Assembly: GCA_017405465.1 (NCBI GenBank)
Contig: JAFRAJ010000038.1
Coordinates: 5,360-69,359, forward strand
Direction of reading: 5' to 3'
Source of the DNA: Oscillospiraceae bacterium
GTDB lineage: Bacteria > Bacillota > Clostridia > Oscillospirales > Ruminococcaceae
DNA length: 64,000 nucleotides
Below, piece by piece: positions 43,714-53,111 of the stretch (positions within the stretch are counted from its first letter, which is position 1; each line of letters begins with the position of its first letter). Below the pieces are notes generated by a model, which did no database searches, had not been told where the DNA came from, and was given only the letters and a program-made list of their open reading frames with translations. A program made the position numbers and the translations under genes.

Positions 43714-44318
43714 AACCACGCTCGGAAGAACTGGATGAGATCATGGAAGCGGCAATGAAGACCGGCCTTGCCAGGAAGTTCCTTATTGCAGGCAGTGCAG
43801 TTCTTACTTCCGGTGAGATAAGACCGACAAATGTGGTACCTGTTATAGCCCCAAACAAGGACGGGAAAAGAACAGTATTCCCGATGAGATGGGGTTTCCG
43901 CATACCCGGTCGCTCGCTTGTGGTCAATGCCAGAACCGAGACGGCAGCAGTGAGACCGACGTTCCGGGACTCATGGAGACAGCACAGGTGTGTGATACCG
44001 GCATCATGGTACTTTGAATGGGAACATCTGGATGCACCTGGAGGAAAGACTAAGACCGGAGATAAGTTTGCCATACAGCCTAACGGACAATCAGTGACCT
44101 GGTTGTGCGGCCTTTACAGGATCGAGGACGGATTTCCCGCATTTACTGTTCTGACTCGAGAGCCTTCTGATGACGTGAGAAGAATACATGACAGGATGCC
44201 GCTTATTCTTCCGGAAGAAATGACTGATGCATGGATAAGTCCTGAACAGAAGCCTGAGGATATCATCGGGTATGCAGTAACAGATCTTGTAATGGAACGT
44301 GTATCTGCAGAGGAATAG
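43692..44318 (+). CDS. SRAP (SOS-response-associated peptidase, YedK/HMCES family)
   Basis: Starts MCTRFY (catalytic Cys2). NARTETA, RCVIPASWYFEW and IHDRMPLIL motifs. Overlaps the yolD-like 3' end by 22 nt. Confidence 0.85.
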   Translation: MCTRFYIEPRSEELDEIMEAAMKTGLARKFLIAGSAVLTSGEIRPTNVVPVIAPNKDGKRTVFPMRWGFRIPGRSLVVNARTETAAVRPTFRDSWRQHRCVIPASWYFEWEHLDAPGGKTKTGDKFAIQPNGQSVTWLCGLYRIEDGFPAFTVLTREPSDDVRRIHDRMPLILPEEMTDAWISPEQKPEDIIGYAVTDLVMERVSAEE

Positions 44319-44322
44319 CGAT

Positions 44323-44838
44323 ATGAGACTCTTCATAGCCATCGATCTTGATGATCTGATCAAGAAAAAACTGAAGGATTATCAGAATACACTGAGAAAC
44401 TGCGGTGTCACGGGAAACTATTCTCCGGAACAGAATCTGCATCTGACTCTTGCATTCATAGGGGAATACGGAGATCCGGATGCAGTGCTCAGTGCAATGG
44501 AAGAGCTGCCGTTCAAAGGTTTTTGTCTTGAGACAGAAGGAACAGGTTTCTTCTCCGATACATTGTGGGCCGGCACCGTTAAGAACGGAGAACTGGACAG
44601 ACTGGTCAGAGATCTCAGAAGAGCTCTTTCGGATGCAGATGTTCCGTTCGACAGAAAGAGATTCAGACCGCACATCACGCTGGTCAGAAGGATGGCTGTT
44701 CCGGAAGGAAAAGCTGCCGCGATACCTCAGCTGCAGCGGATGTCCATGAATGTGGAACGCATATCACTCTTCCGTTCGGACAGAGGCAGGCACGGCATGG
44801 TGTACACAGAGATAGGCTATGTCTCAGCGATCAGATAA
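44323..44838 (+). CDS. thpR: RNA 2',3'-cyclic phosphodiesterase (2H phosphoesterase, ThpR/LigT)
   Basis: Start at MRLFIAIDL. Two HxT motifs (HLTLAF, HITLVR). Confidence 0.8.
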   Translation: MRLFIAIDLDDLIKKKLKDYQNTLRNCGVTGNYSPEQNLHLTLAFIGEYGDPDAVLSAMEELPFKGFCLETEGTGFFSDTLWAGTVKNGELDRLVRDLRRALSDADVPFDRKRFRPHITLVRRMAVPEGKAAAIPQLQRMSMNVERISLFRSDRGRHGMVYTEIGYVSAIR

Positions 44839-44865
44839 AATGATGAGGATTCAAAAGCATATAGT

Positions 44866-44900
44866 AAGCACCTGCGGGATTTTGCAAGTCCTGCAGGTGC
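44866..44900 (+). terminator. Hairpin after thpR
   Basis: AGCACCTGCGGGA..TCCTGCAGGTGCT, followed by an A/T-rich tail. Confidence 0.5.
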
Positions 44901-44955
44901 TATAATATTTCTATAATATTGAACAATGACTGACAGAAAGGAGAAGCACGTTTAC

Positions 44956-45795
44956 ATGGTCGTAATGAAACTGAATTTCCATTCGCTGCTGCTTGGAATT
45001 CACACCAAAGTCAATGTCATCCTTCCGACAGGCAGGCCGGTCTTCTATCAGGAGAAGCCAAAGGAACTGTATCAGGTACTGTGGCTCCTGCACGGAGGGA
45101 CAGACGATTGCAATGATTTTATACAGAATACGAATATCTGCCGTTATGCGGAGGAAAACAAGATCGCCGTGATCCTGCCGGAGGACAACGACGCCTTCTT
45201 CACGGACGGATATATCCAGAACGGAGGTCTTTACTTCTCCTACGTTACAGAAGAGCTGGTAAAGATGTGCCGCAGCATACTCCCGATCTCTGACAAGAGA
45301 GAGGACAACTTCGTGGCAGGAAACTCAATGGGTTCCGGCGGAGCCATGAAGTGCGCCGTACTCCATCCCGAGCTCTACGGAGCAGCCCTGATGCTCAGCG
45401 GATCAGGAATCCGTATGCACCGCGCTGAGGATACATGGGTCGCTGGATTCCTTGAGAAGGTCGTCAAAGGAGAAGACGTTTCCGATTATCCCGCAGTGGA
45501 AGATCCCAAACGTGACGTTCAGATGGCGATCCCGATCTACAACATCCTGAGCGATCCTGAAAAGAAGGCAGCTCTGCCGAAACTGTTCTTTACATGCGGC
45601 GGGGATGACAGGATACTGGCCGACGTAAAGAAAGCCATGGCGTTCTATGACAAGATGGGACTTGAGTATTTCTGGGAAGAGATACCCGGATATGCTCATG
45701 AGTGGGATTTCTGGGACATGCAGCTGCGCAAGGCGCTGGTGGAATGGCTTCCGCTCAAACATGCTGCGATCATCCCGGGAAAGGAGGAGGAATAA
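44956..45795 (+). CDS. Alpha/beta-hydrolase esterase (putative esterase family)
   Basis: LWLLHGGTDD and nucleophile elbow GNSMGSGGA. The start at 44956 is tentative (alternatives at 44926 and 44965). Confidence 0.7.
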   Translation: MVVMKLNFHSLLLGIHTKVNVILPTGRPVFYQEKPKELYQVLWLLHGGTDDCNDFIQNTNICRYAEENKIAVILPEDNDAFFTDGYIQNGGLYFSYVTEELVKMCRSILPISDKREDNFVAGNSMGSGGAMKCAVLHPELYGAALMLSGSGIRMHRAEDTWVAGFLEKVVKGEDVSDYPAVEDPKRDVQMAIPIYNILSDPEKKAALPKLFFTCGGDDRILADVKKAMAFYDKMGLEYFWEEIPGYAHEWDFWDMQLRKALVEWLPLKHAAIIPGKEEE

Positions 45796-45796
45796 G

Positions 45797-46609
45797 ATGG
45801 CTGTTATCAGTATGAATCTCTCATCCGGATGTCTCAGGATGAAGACAGACGTAATGGTGATCCTTCCGTTCTATTCGCCCTATGACATAGCGGACGGCAA
45901 GAGAGATGAGATATTCCCCATAGGCAAAAAGTATCAGGTGCTCTGGCTCTTGAACGGCGGAAACGGAAACGACTGGGATTACGTGACATATTCCAATATC
46001 GTTAGATACGCATATGAACACATGCTCGCGGTAGTGATGCCGTCCGGGTACAACATGAACTATGACGACTTCGATCCCGGCATGAAGATGTGCAAATATA
46101 TCGGAGAGGAACTTCCGAACATCCTTCGGAACATCTTCCCTTTCTCAGATAGGAGAGAAGACAATTTCATCGGAGGGCTCTCGATGGGATCGAATGGAGC
46201 GCAGAAGATAGCGATCCGCTATCCTGAGAATTACGCCGCAGTGCTGGCGATGTCAGCCGGGTCATTCTACGTGAGACCAAAGGATGAAGTACCGAGAGTG
46301 AGGATCAACACTGGTATGCCGATGCCTCCTCACAAACCGGATGAGATGGAGGAGAACTGCGAGATCCTCAAAAAAGATATTGCAGAAGGAAAGAAGCTCC
46401 CGAAATTCTTCATGATATGGGGAGAGAAGGATATCGCCAGAGAGGGGTCCATCCGCTCGGTGGCCTTCCTTAAGGAACAGGGCTGCGATGTCTATGAGGA
46501 AGAGGTGCCCGGAGTCGGACACTGGTGGGATCTGTGGGATCCGACCTTAAAGAAGGCTCTGGACGAGTTGCTTCCAATTAAACACGATCTGCTGGATGCA
46601 GATGAATGA
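45797..46609 (+). CDS. Alpha/beta-hydrolase esterase, paralogue of the preceding gene
   Basis: Start at MAVISMNL (AAGGAGGAGG RBS upstream). LWLLNGGNGND, GLSMGSNGA. Confidence 0.75.
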   Translation: MAVISMNLSSGCLRMKTDVMVILPFYSPYDIADGKRDEIFPIGKKYQVLWLLNGGNGNDWDYVTYSNIVRYAYEHMLAVVMPSGYNMNYDDFDPGMKMCKYIGEELPNILRNIFPFSDRREDNFIGGLSMGSNGAQKIAIRYPENYAAVLAMSAGSFYVRPKDEVPRVRINTGMPMPPHKPDEMEENCEILKKDIAEGKKLPKFFMIWGEKDIAREGSIRSVAFLKEQGCDVYEEEVPGVGHWWDLWDPTLKKALDELLPIKHDLLDADE

Positions 46610-46631
46610 TCATATTTGACCGGAGGAAACG

Positions 46632-47954
46632 ATGAGCGCTGGTAAGGTCATCCTTATAGCGGTAGCAGTGCTGGCTGTCATAGCCGCACTGCTCTTTTTC
46701 CTGCTTTACGGAAGGCATATACTGTTCAGATACTCGGGAAGCAAAGGAGGCCAGAAGATAAACATGAGTTCATTTACAGGCTTTCATCTGAGCGACTCCG
46801 ACGGCAGTTATATGAATGCCGGGTACTCCTATGACGCTGAACTAGAGGACGGAAAAGTGCTGGTGACTGTCAGACTGGACGGGATGCCTCAGGAAGAAGC
46901 TGATGAGAGGAAGATAGAGACCGATATCTCCTTCATGAAGAAGCTTGAGGAGCTCTCTGAGAGTTACGGCATAAAGAAATGGAACGGCTTCAGCCGTTCA
47001 GACCAGAACGTGCTGGACGGATACGGATTCGGCCTCACTGTAATCATGGATAACGGGGAGATCCTTTCCGCACACGGCTATATGGCATGGCCGGATAACT
47101 ACAGAGAATACAGCAGCGAGGTCAGAGCGCACTTCATGCAGCTGTATGAATCGGTGTATCCTGACAGACGCAAAGCGCTGGAAACATACTTCAGCGAAGT
47201 GCTGGTTCCGGAACACGGACTTGCTGCCAGAAGTGCAGATGTCGAATATCCGTATCTCTGCGCAGGAGAAGGAAGATTCACGTACGGAGCGCCGGATCTG
47301 CCTCTCGGTATCGTTGGTCATGTCACCGGAAACTTCACAGAAGAAGAGAGCGCATATTCAGAAGATACAGACATGCTCGTAGCGTATCTGCGCAGAGGTG
47401 ACACCGACGATTACGGTTATGCAAGAACACAGCTGGAGATAGAGCTTTATTCGGCTGACAGAAATGCCAATGTCACCCTCGTGTTCAGGGATATGGCTGA
47501 TGAAGAGATGTTCTTCAATGACGGGATAATGTCATGGCTGTTCAGCACCTATGCGGACGGCAGAAGGTACATAGGGTACTATTCCGCTAAATCGGATTCA
47601 GTCAGCAGCGGAACCAGGGAGCGCTGCCTAAAGATCTACGGCATGCAGGACGGTTCTTTCGTCAAGGTCGCCGATGTGAGCACAGGGGGTCCTGCAAAAG
47701 GAGAATGGCCCGCAGAGGCTACTGAGGCGATCATGGATACTGCCGGAATGTACGGCCTTGGCGGGACGGTGACAAAATGGCAGAAGGATCCGTCAGATGT
47801 AGCCATCAGTACATTTGACATAAATGAGATAGTATCCGTCTCCACCTACACATCCGCTGACAGTCTCTTCAGCGAAAGAATCGCGGAGACGAAGAACGGA
47901 GAAAAGATAGGGGATTACAGGGTAAAAGGCAGTTTAACCGGAAACAACAGGTGA
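46632..47954 (+). CDS. Membrane-anchored hypothetical protein
   Basis: 440 aa with a single N-terminal TM helix (VILIAVAVLAVIAALLFFLL). The remainder is unrecognised. Confidence 0.55.
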   Translation: MSAGKVILIAVAVLAVIAALLFFLLYGRHILFRYSGSKGGQKINMSSFTGFHLSDSDGSYMNAGYSYDAELEDGKVLVTVRLDGMPQEEADERKIETDISFMKKLEELSESYGIKKWNGFSRSDQNVLDGYGFGLTVIMDNGEILSAHGYMAWPDNYREYSSEVRAHFMQLYESVYPDRRKALETYFSEVLVPEHGLAARSADVEYPYLCAGEGRFTYGAPDLPLGIVGHVTGNFTEEESAYSEDTDMLVAYLRRGDTDDYGYARTQLEIELYSADRNANVTLVFRDMADEEMFFNDGIMSWLFSTYADGRRYIGYYSAKSDSVSSGTRERCLKIYGMQDGSFVKVADVSTGGPAKGEWPAEATEAIMDTAGMYGLGGTVTKWQKDPSDVAISTFDINEIVSVSTYTSADSLFSERIAETKNGEKIGDYRVKGSLTGNNR

Positions 47955-47958
47955 AGTC

Positions 47959-48420
47959 ATGGAACAGGAAAAGATCAAAGAACTCTTTGAAAGATATTGT
48001 AAAAAGCTGAGGATCACGCCGCAGTGGGATGTACAGCTGCAGCTGATCGATGACCCCTGGTGGAACAAGACCGGGGATTTCAAGATCGACTGCGATGACA
48101 GAAAAGCGATCCTGATGATCAATATCCTCAACCCGAAGAATCAGAATCTTGAGGAAGTGATCATACACGAACTGATGCATATCAAGCTTTATCCTTTGGA
48201 TCAGGTGACCGAATCACTGATCATCTCCAATTTTGAGGAAGGGACCCCGGGATATGATTTTGCCTACACCCAATTCATGTCATCCCTGGAACAGACAGTC
48301 GAGGAACTGGCTAAGTGTTTTCTTTTTGAGTTCGGAGAAGACAGGGAACTCTCGTTCGGAAGGACCAGTACAGTGAAGTCCTTCAATGACTTGTATGACG
48401 GACTAAAAAGCATAGAATAA
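47959..48420 (+). CDS. Small hypothetical protein with HExxH motif (possible metallopeptidase-like)
   Basis: 153 aa with IIHELMHIKL. Starts 4 nt after the preceding gene. Confidence 0.45.
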   Translation: MEQEKIKELFERYCKKLRITPQWDVQLQLIDDPWWNKTGDFKIDCDDRKAILMINILNPKNQNLEEVIIHELMHIKLYPLDQVTESLIISNFEEGTPGYDFAYTQFMSSLEQTVEELAKCFLFEFGEDRELSFGRTSTVKSFNDLYDGLKSIE

Positions 48421-48433
48421 TTGAGGCATCAAA

Positions 48434-49411
48434 ATGAAACTTATCAATGAACCTATTAAAATCAACGGTCTTACCGTGAGAAACAGGATAGTCAAGGCCC
48501 CGTGCGATACTGCCGGAGCCGTTAACGGAGCGCCTGATGACAATATGGTCGAGCACTACAGGCTCAGGGCAAGAGGTACCGGAGCGGTGATAGTCGAACA
48601 TGAGAGAGTGCTCCCAGACGGGATGGCTCATGCAAAACAGCTTGCAATGGATGACGACTGTCTCATAGAACCTTACAGAAAGCTGACTGACGCTGTTCAT
48701 GGGGAAGGCGCGGTCATATTTGCCCAGCTGAGCCACGCAGGATCCAGAACCAGGGATTCCGGACTTGTGATAATCGCTCCCAGCGAGATCACCGACAGGC
48801 CGGATGATCACCCCAAGGCTATGGATAAGGATGATATAGCCCGTGTGATAAAAGGGTTTGCCGATGCCGCGGTTCGGGCGAAAAAGGCGGGGTTCGACGG
48901 TGTCCAGATCCATGGAGCCCACGGCTATCTGCTCAACCAGTTCTATTCTCCGCTTTCTAACCACAGGACGGATGAATACGGCGGGGGCACGATGGAGGGA
49001 CGCACCAGGCTGCACTGCGAGGTCCTGAGGGCTGTGAGAGAAGCGGTAGGAAAAGACTACCCGGTCACCATCAGGTTCGGCGCATGCGATTTTCTGGAAG
49101 GCGGCAGCACGATCGATGAGATCCCTCAGGCTGCGCGTCTCTTTGAAGAGGCAGGAGCAGATGCCATAGATATCTCCGGAGGACTTAAGGGATTCATGAG
49201 ACCCGGAGTCACCGGTCCCGGTTATTTCAAGGATATGAGTATGGCAGCCAGATCAGCAGTATCAGTGCCGGTGGTGCTCACAGGTGGCGTCACGTCAGGA
49301 GAGGAACTGGAACAGCTTCTCGAAGAGAATGCCGCGGATATGATCGGTATCGGCCGCGCGCTTCTGAACGACCCTGACTGGTCTGTTAAGGCATTGGAAT
49401 CAGTGAAATGA
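48434..49411 (+). CDS. NADH:flavin oxidoreductase (Old Yellow Enzyme family)
   Basis: GLTVRNRIV.AP, FAQLSHAGS, GFDGVQIHGAHGYLLNQF, RTDEYGG. Confidence 0.85.
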   Translation: MKLINEPIKINGLTVRNRIVKAPCDTAGAVNGAPDDNMVEHYRLRARGTGAVIVEHERVLPDGMAHAKQLAMDDDCLIEPYRKLTDAVHGEGAVIFAQLSHAGSRTRDSGLVIIAPSEITDRPDDHPKAMDKDDIARVIKGFADAAVRAKKAGFDGVQIHGAHGYLLNQFYSPLSNHRTDEYGGGTMEGRTRLHCEVLRAVREAVGKDYPVTIRFGACDFLEGGSTIDEIPQAARLFEEAGADAIDISGGLKGFMRPGVTGPGYFKDMSMAARSAVSVPVVLTGGVTSGEELEQLLEENAADMIGIGRALLNDPDWSVKALESVK

Positions 49412-50553
49412 AAGTATCGGTTCTCGGCTACGGCACAGTAGGAAAAGGCGTATGTGACATGATAGAGAGGACCCCGGGTCTGGAACTGGGGCCTGTTCTG
49501 GTGCTTCATTCTGAGAGAAGCGAGAGTTTCATGATCACGGACATAGATGAGATACTGAAGGACAGCACGGTCGGCGCTGTCGTAGAAGCCATAGGCGGAG
49601 AGAGCCCCGCGGGGTCATTCGCCGAAAGGACTCTCAAGGCGGGAAAGCATTTTGTGACCTCCAACAAGGCGATGGTGGCTGACAGGGGGATAGAGCTTTC
49701 CGCACTTGCCCGGAGCACCGGAAAGGCGTTCCTGTTCAGCGCGGCATGCGGAGGGGGAATACCGTTTCTGCACAATCTTTCGGTCGCCAGGAAGAGTGAC
49801 GATATCCTCAGCATGAGCGGCATACTCAACGGAACTACCAACTATGTCCTGGATATGATGCAGTCGAAAGGAGTCCCATTGGATACGGCTCTCAGTCAGG
49901 CCCGCCGGCTGGGATACGCAGAAGCTGATCCGTCGGCTGATATATCAGGCCTGGATTCCTACAGGAAGATAATCCTCGCGTGCGCAGTCGCGTACGGCAT
50001 CCAGCCGGAAGGATATAAGGACATAGAGGGAATAGCCGGATTCACACAGCAGGATGCAGAGGTCATCAGCCGCAGAGGAGCGGAGGTAAGACTCATCGCG
50101 AGCGGAGGCCTGAACGGGGACGGATCCGTATATGCGTTCGTAGAACCAAGAGTGTTTTTCGACGGTATGGAGAGAGCTGTCAGAAAGAACTTCAACAGTG
50201 TGTCCTACACAGGAAGGAATTCAGGGCTCATCACTTATTCCGGACAGGGTGCTGGAAGATATCCGACTGCTTCAGCTGTGCTGAGGGATCTGACCGGCAT
50301 AGAAGAAGGAACACTGTACATGCTCCCTGCGGAGTGCGTGAGGAGACCTGCGGTCAACGACATGGAAGAGAGATACCTGGTGCGCTGCGAAGCTTCTCAG
50401 AAGGACCGTTTCATCACAGAAGAAGTCTGGTCAGAAGAAGGCGGGACAGCAGTATTCGTTACAGGACCGATGGAGGTGAGCAGGATGCATTCGCTGGCTG
50501 CGGAGCTCAGGAACAGCGGTCAGGGGATCTTTTTCGCGTCCCTCGGCGATTAG
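49408..50553 (+). CDS. hom: Homoserine dehydrogenase
   Basis: VLGYGTVGKGV NAD motif, VTSNKA, GILNGTTNYVL, LGYAEADPSADISGLD. Confidence 0.75.
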   Translation: MKVSVLGYGTVGKGVCDMIERTPGLELGPVLVLHSERSESFMITDIDEILKDSTVGAVVEAIGGESPAGSFAERTLKAGKHFVTSNKAMVADRGIELSALARSTGKAFLFSAACGGGIPFLHNLSVARKSDDILSMSGILNGTTNYVLDMMQSKGVPLDTALSQARRLGYAEADPSADISGLDSYRKIILACAVAYGIQPEGYKDIEGIAGFTQQDAEVISRRGAEVRLIASGGLNGDGSVYAFVEPRVFFDGMERAVRKNFNSVSYTGRNSGLITYSGQGAGRYPTASAVLRDLTGIEEGTLYMLPAECVRRPAVNDMEERYLVRCEASQKDRFITEEVWSEEGGTAVFVTGPMEVSRMHSLAAELRNSGQGIFFASLGD

Positions 50554-50568
50554 ATACGATAAAAAAGA

Positions 50569-50609
50569 AACCGCGTGATGCGGCCTCATATGAGGCGCGT
50601 CACGCGGTT
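50569..50609. terminator. Bidirectional terminator between convergent hom and rpoD
   Basis: AACCGCGTGATGCGGCCTCATATGAGGCGCGTCACGCGGTT long hairpin, flanked by an A-run and a T-rich tail. Confidence 0.75.
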
Positions 50610-50633
50610 ATTTGTGTTTGGATAGTGCCGTGA

Positions 50634-51740
50634 TTATCTTACATATTCACGGAAGCCCATTTTACCGAGCGGTACACGCAGGCGTCTGAGCGCTTTGGCT
50701 TCGATCTGTCTGATGCGTTCGCGTGTGACTTTGAGTTCCTTTCCGACCTGTTCAAGTGTCTTGGGGTTGCCGTCGTCAAGACCGAAACGCATGCGGATGA
50801 CCTTTTCCTCACGCTCCGAGAGGATCGAGAGAGCCTCTGAGAGCTGCTCTCGGAGGAGAGTCTGATCGACTGAGTCAGTCAGTGTGACGTCTCTGTCGTC
50901 CGCGACGAAATCGAACATCGTGCTGTCTTCTTCTTCGCCTACAGGAGAGTCAAGTGACACGGTGTCCTGTGCGGCTTTGATGATGTCCTTGAGTTTTTCC
51001 GGTGTGATGCCGAGGGCTTCTACGAGCTCTTCTTCAGATGGTTCGCTGCCTGTCTCGGCGGTGAGCCTGGCATACGCTTTCTTATACTTGTTGATGGATT
51101 CGACCATGTGTACGGGAACGCGGATCGTCTTCCCGCTGTCGGCGATCGCTCTTGTGACTGCCTGCCTGATCCACCATGTTGCATAGGTGGAGAAGCGGAA
51201 GCCTTTGGTGTAGTCGAATTTCTCGATCGCCTTGATGAGGCCTATGTTTCCTTCCTGGATCAGGTCGGAGAACTGCAGTCCTCTTCCGATGTATCTTTTT
51301 GCGATGGAGACGACGAGTCTGAGGTTGCACTCCGCCAGGATGTGCTTTGCCTTCTCATCGCCTTCATTGGCGCGGATAGCCAGAGCAGTCTCTTCTTCCT
51401 GTGTAAGAAGACGGTACTGGCCCATTTCCTTGAAATACATCTTCACGCTGTCATCGGAGTAGATAGAGGGATCGGTAACGCCGTTCTTGTCCTCTTCTTC
51501 CTCTTCTTCTTCGATCTCCTCGGCTTCTGCCTTGGCGGCATAGTCTTCGACGATCTCGATGGACTGCTTGTCCAGTGTCTCGTAGAGCTTGTCTATCTCT
51601 TCCTCCTGGAAGTCCAGCTCTTCAAGAGCATTGGTGATGTCAGAAGAATTGAGTTTTCCTTCTGCCTTTCCCTTTTCGATAAGAGTTCTGATAAGATCTC
51701 TCTTTTCGCTCACTTCTGTGTGATCCTCCAAATCATTCAA
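50634..51740 (-). CDS. rpoD: RNA polymerase sigma-70 (primary-type sigma factor)
   Basis: 368 aa with regions 1.2-4. [54 protein letters not shown]. Confidence 0.9.
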   Translation of the reverse strand: MNDLEDHTEVSEKRDLIRTLIEKGKAEGKLNSSDITNALEELDFQEEEIDKLYETLDKQSIEIVEDYAAKAEAEEIEEEEEEEDKNGVTDPSIYSDDSVKMYFKEMGQYRLLTQEEETALAIRANEGDEKAKHILAECNLRLVVSIAKRYIGRGLQFSDLIQEGNIGLIKAIEKFDYTKGFRFSTYATWWIRQAVTRAIADSGKTIRVPVHMVESINKYKKAYARLTAETGSEPSEEELVEALGITPEKLKDIIKAAQDTVSLDSPVGEEEDSTMFDFVADDRDVTLTDSVDQTLLREQLSEALSILSEREEKVIRMRFGLDDGNPKTLEQVGKELKVTRERIRQIEAKALRRLRVPLGKMGFREYVR

Positions 51741-51838
51741 AAAGTTCAGTTTTTCCCTGACAAATAATAATACGCTGATAATTGAGAAATGTCTTTTTTA
51801 TTTTTATAAGTTTTTTAATTTTTTTTCCGGCGTTCCGG

Positions 51839-52555
51839 TTATCCGGGAATATACCCCATAAGTATCATGCGGACATGGTTGATGATGCCGACGCCATGTT
51901 CAGGCATGCTTGATTCCGTGTCGATCGTGATCCATTCACCGTCGAGAAGGAAATTGCAGGAGCCGTAGTATCCGTCCAGCGGATCAGATGGATACAGTTC
52001 GTGCCATTTGTCCATTTCTTCTCCGAGGATATATTCCATCGCCTCTTCAAGACACCGTTCCGGAACGGTGTACTCCTTGGTGTCCAGATCTTTCGAAGTA
52101 CCGGTTTCCCAGCGCAGAAGAAGCGAACCGTCAGGTTCACGGAAGAGCTTTGCCAGTTCGTGCGGCCTCTCTACCGGGGTGCCGGTTACCTGACTGTAGC
52201 ATTCTATCAGCAGGGTCTCCCTGACTTCGTCCGGCTGCGGTTCAACAGAGATGTTGATGCTGACGCACTCCGCCCTGACATCGTGGGCCGGCATCGTGAA
52301 AGTGTAGACATGCCAATCGTCATTGCTGTCCGGGCCGGGGACCAGTTTTTCGCCGTCGATATAGACATCCGTGATCTCATCCATGACGGTATGGACGCGC
52401 AGAGTGACCTTCTCACCCTCGCGGTAGGAGGTCTTCTCGGTTTCTATTCCCGGTCCGCAGGAAAGAGAATACTTCTGTTTCCTGCCGCATCCGAACAGAC
52501 TCAACAGACTGATCGCCATAAGAATCACCACCTGTTTCTTTAATAACAGTTTCAT
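51839..52555 (-). CDS. Lipoprotein, unknown function
   Basis: Signal peptide with lipobox LFGCGRK. 238 aa. Confidence 0.6.
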   Translation of the reverse strand: MKLLLKKQVVILMAISLLSLFGCGRKQKYSLSCGPGIETEKTSYREGEKVTLRVHTVMDEITDVYIDGEKLVPGPDSNDDWHVYTFTMPAHDVRAECVSINISVEPQPDEVRETLLIECYSQVTGTPVERPHELAKLFREPDGSLLLRWETGTSKDLDTKEYTVPERCLEEAMEYILGEEMDKWHELYPSDPLDGYYGSCNFLLDGEWITIDTESSMPEHGVGIINHVRMILMGYIPG

Positions 52556-52574
52556 GACTATTTTCCCTGAATCT

Positions 52575-53111
52575 TCAGTAAATGATGCTGGAAGGAACGA
52601 GGAAGAGGTACGGTGCAGTGCACACCGCCATGGTCAATGCTGACTTTTTTGCTTTCTCATGATCGAGTCCCGCTTTGCATAAGATGCTCCGGTCCAATAG
52701 GAATATCAGTATCCCGGATATCAGTACTGCTAGGAGCACGATAAGGATACCGGGGAGGCTTGTGAAGGGATTCCAGCCTAACGCATTCTCCATTGCCTGC
52801 TCAGAGGGCAGGTTCAGTTTATCGATGAGTAGATATACTGCGAGGAGAAACAGCGATCCCGCAAGGTCAGCCGCAAATCCGGCTATGCAGGCTTTCCATG
52901 TGTTCTTTCTGACGAGTTCTTTCCGGGAATCCTCGTTTCTGAGACTCCAGGATAACACCAGGCGGTCAATAAGATAGTTGGCCGGTATCAGAAACAGCCA
53001 TAGATATGAAGGTATCCAGATCAGCAGCCAGATCGGAAACAGTATGTTGTACAGTCTGATCTCTTTTGAGCTCTGAGTCTTCAATATTATTTCCTCCTCC
53101 GATGAGGTCAT
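52575..53111 (-). CDS. Membrane protein, unknown function
   Basis: 178 aa with about 4 TM helices. 4-nt overlap with the nitroreductase stop. Confidence 0.55.
   Translation of the reverse strand: MTSSEEEIILKTQSSKEIRLYNILFPIWLLIWIPSYLWLFLIPANYLIDRLVLSWSLRNEDSRKELVRKNTWKACIAGFAADLAGSLFLLAVYLLIDKLNLPSEQAMENALGWNPFTSLPGILIVLLAVLISGILIFLLDRSILCKAGLDHEKAKKSALTMAVCTAPYLFLVPSSIIY

Noticed and set aside
45647-45796. N-terminal extension of the second esterase ORF
   Set aside because: It overlaps the 3' end of the first esterase. A strong AAGGAGGAGG RBS precedes the ATG at 45797.
50634-51740. rpoD lacking the usual upstream dnaG as evidence for an alternative sigma paralogue
   Set aside because: The protein has a full primary-sigma domain set and typical length. 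Gene-order variation alone is insufficient, and the question cannot be assessed without the rest of the genome.
51108-51767. 219-aa plus-strand ORF opposite rpoD
   Set aside because: rpoD regions 2-4 are unmistakable on the minus strand, so the plus-strand frame is a shadow ORF.
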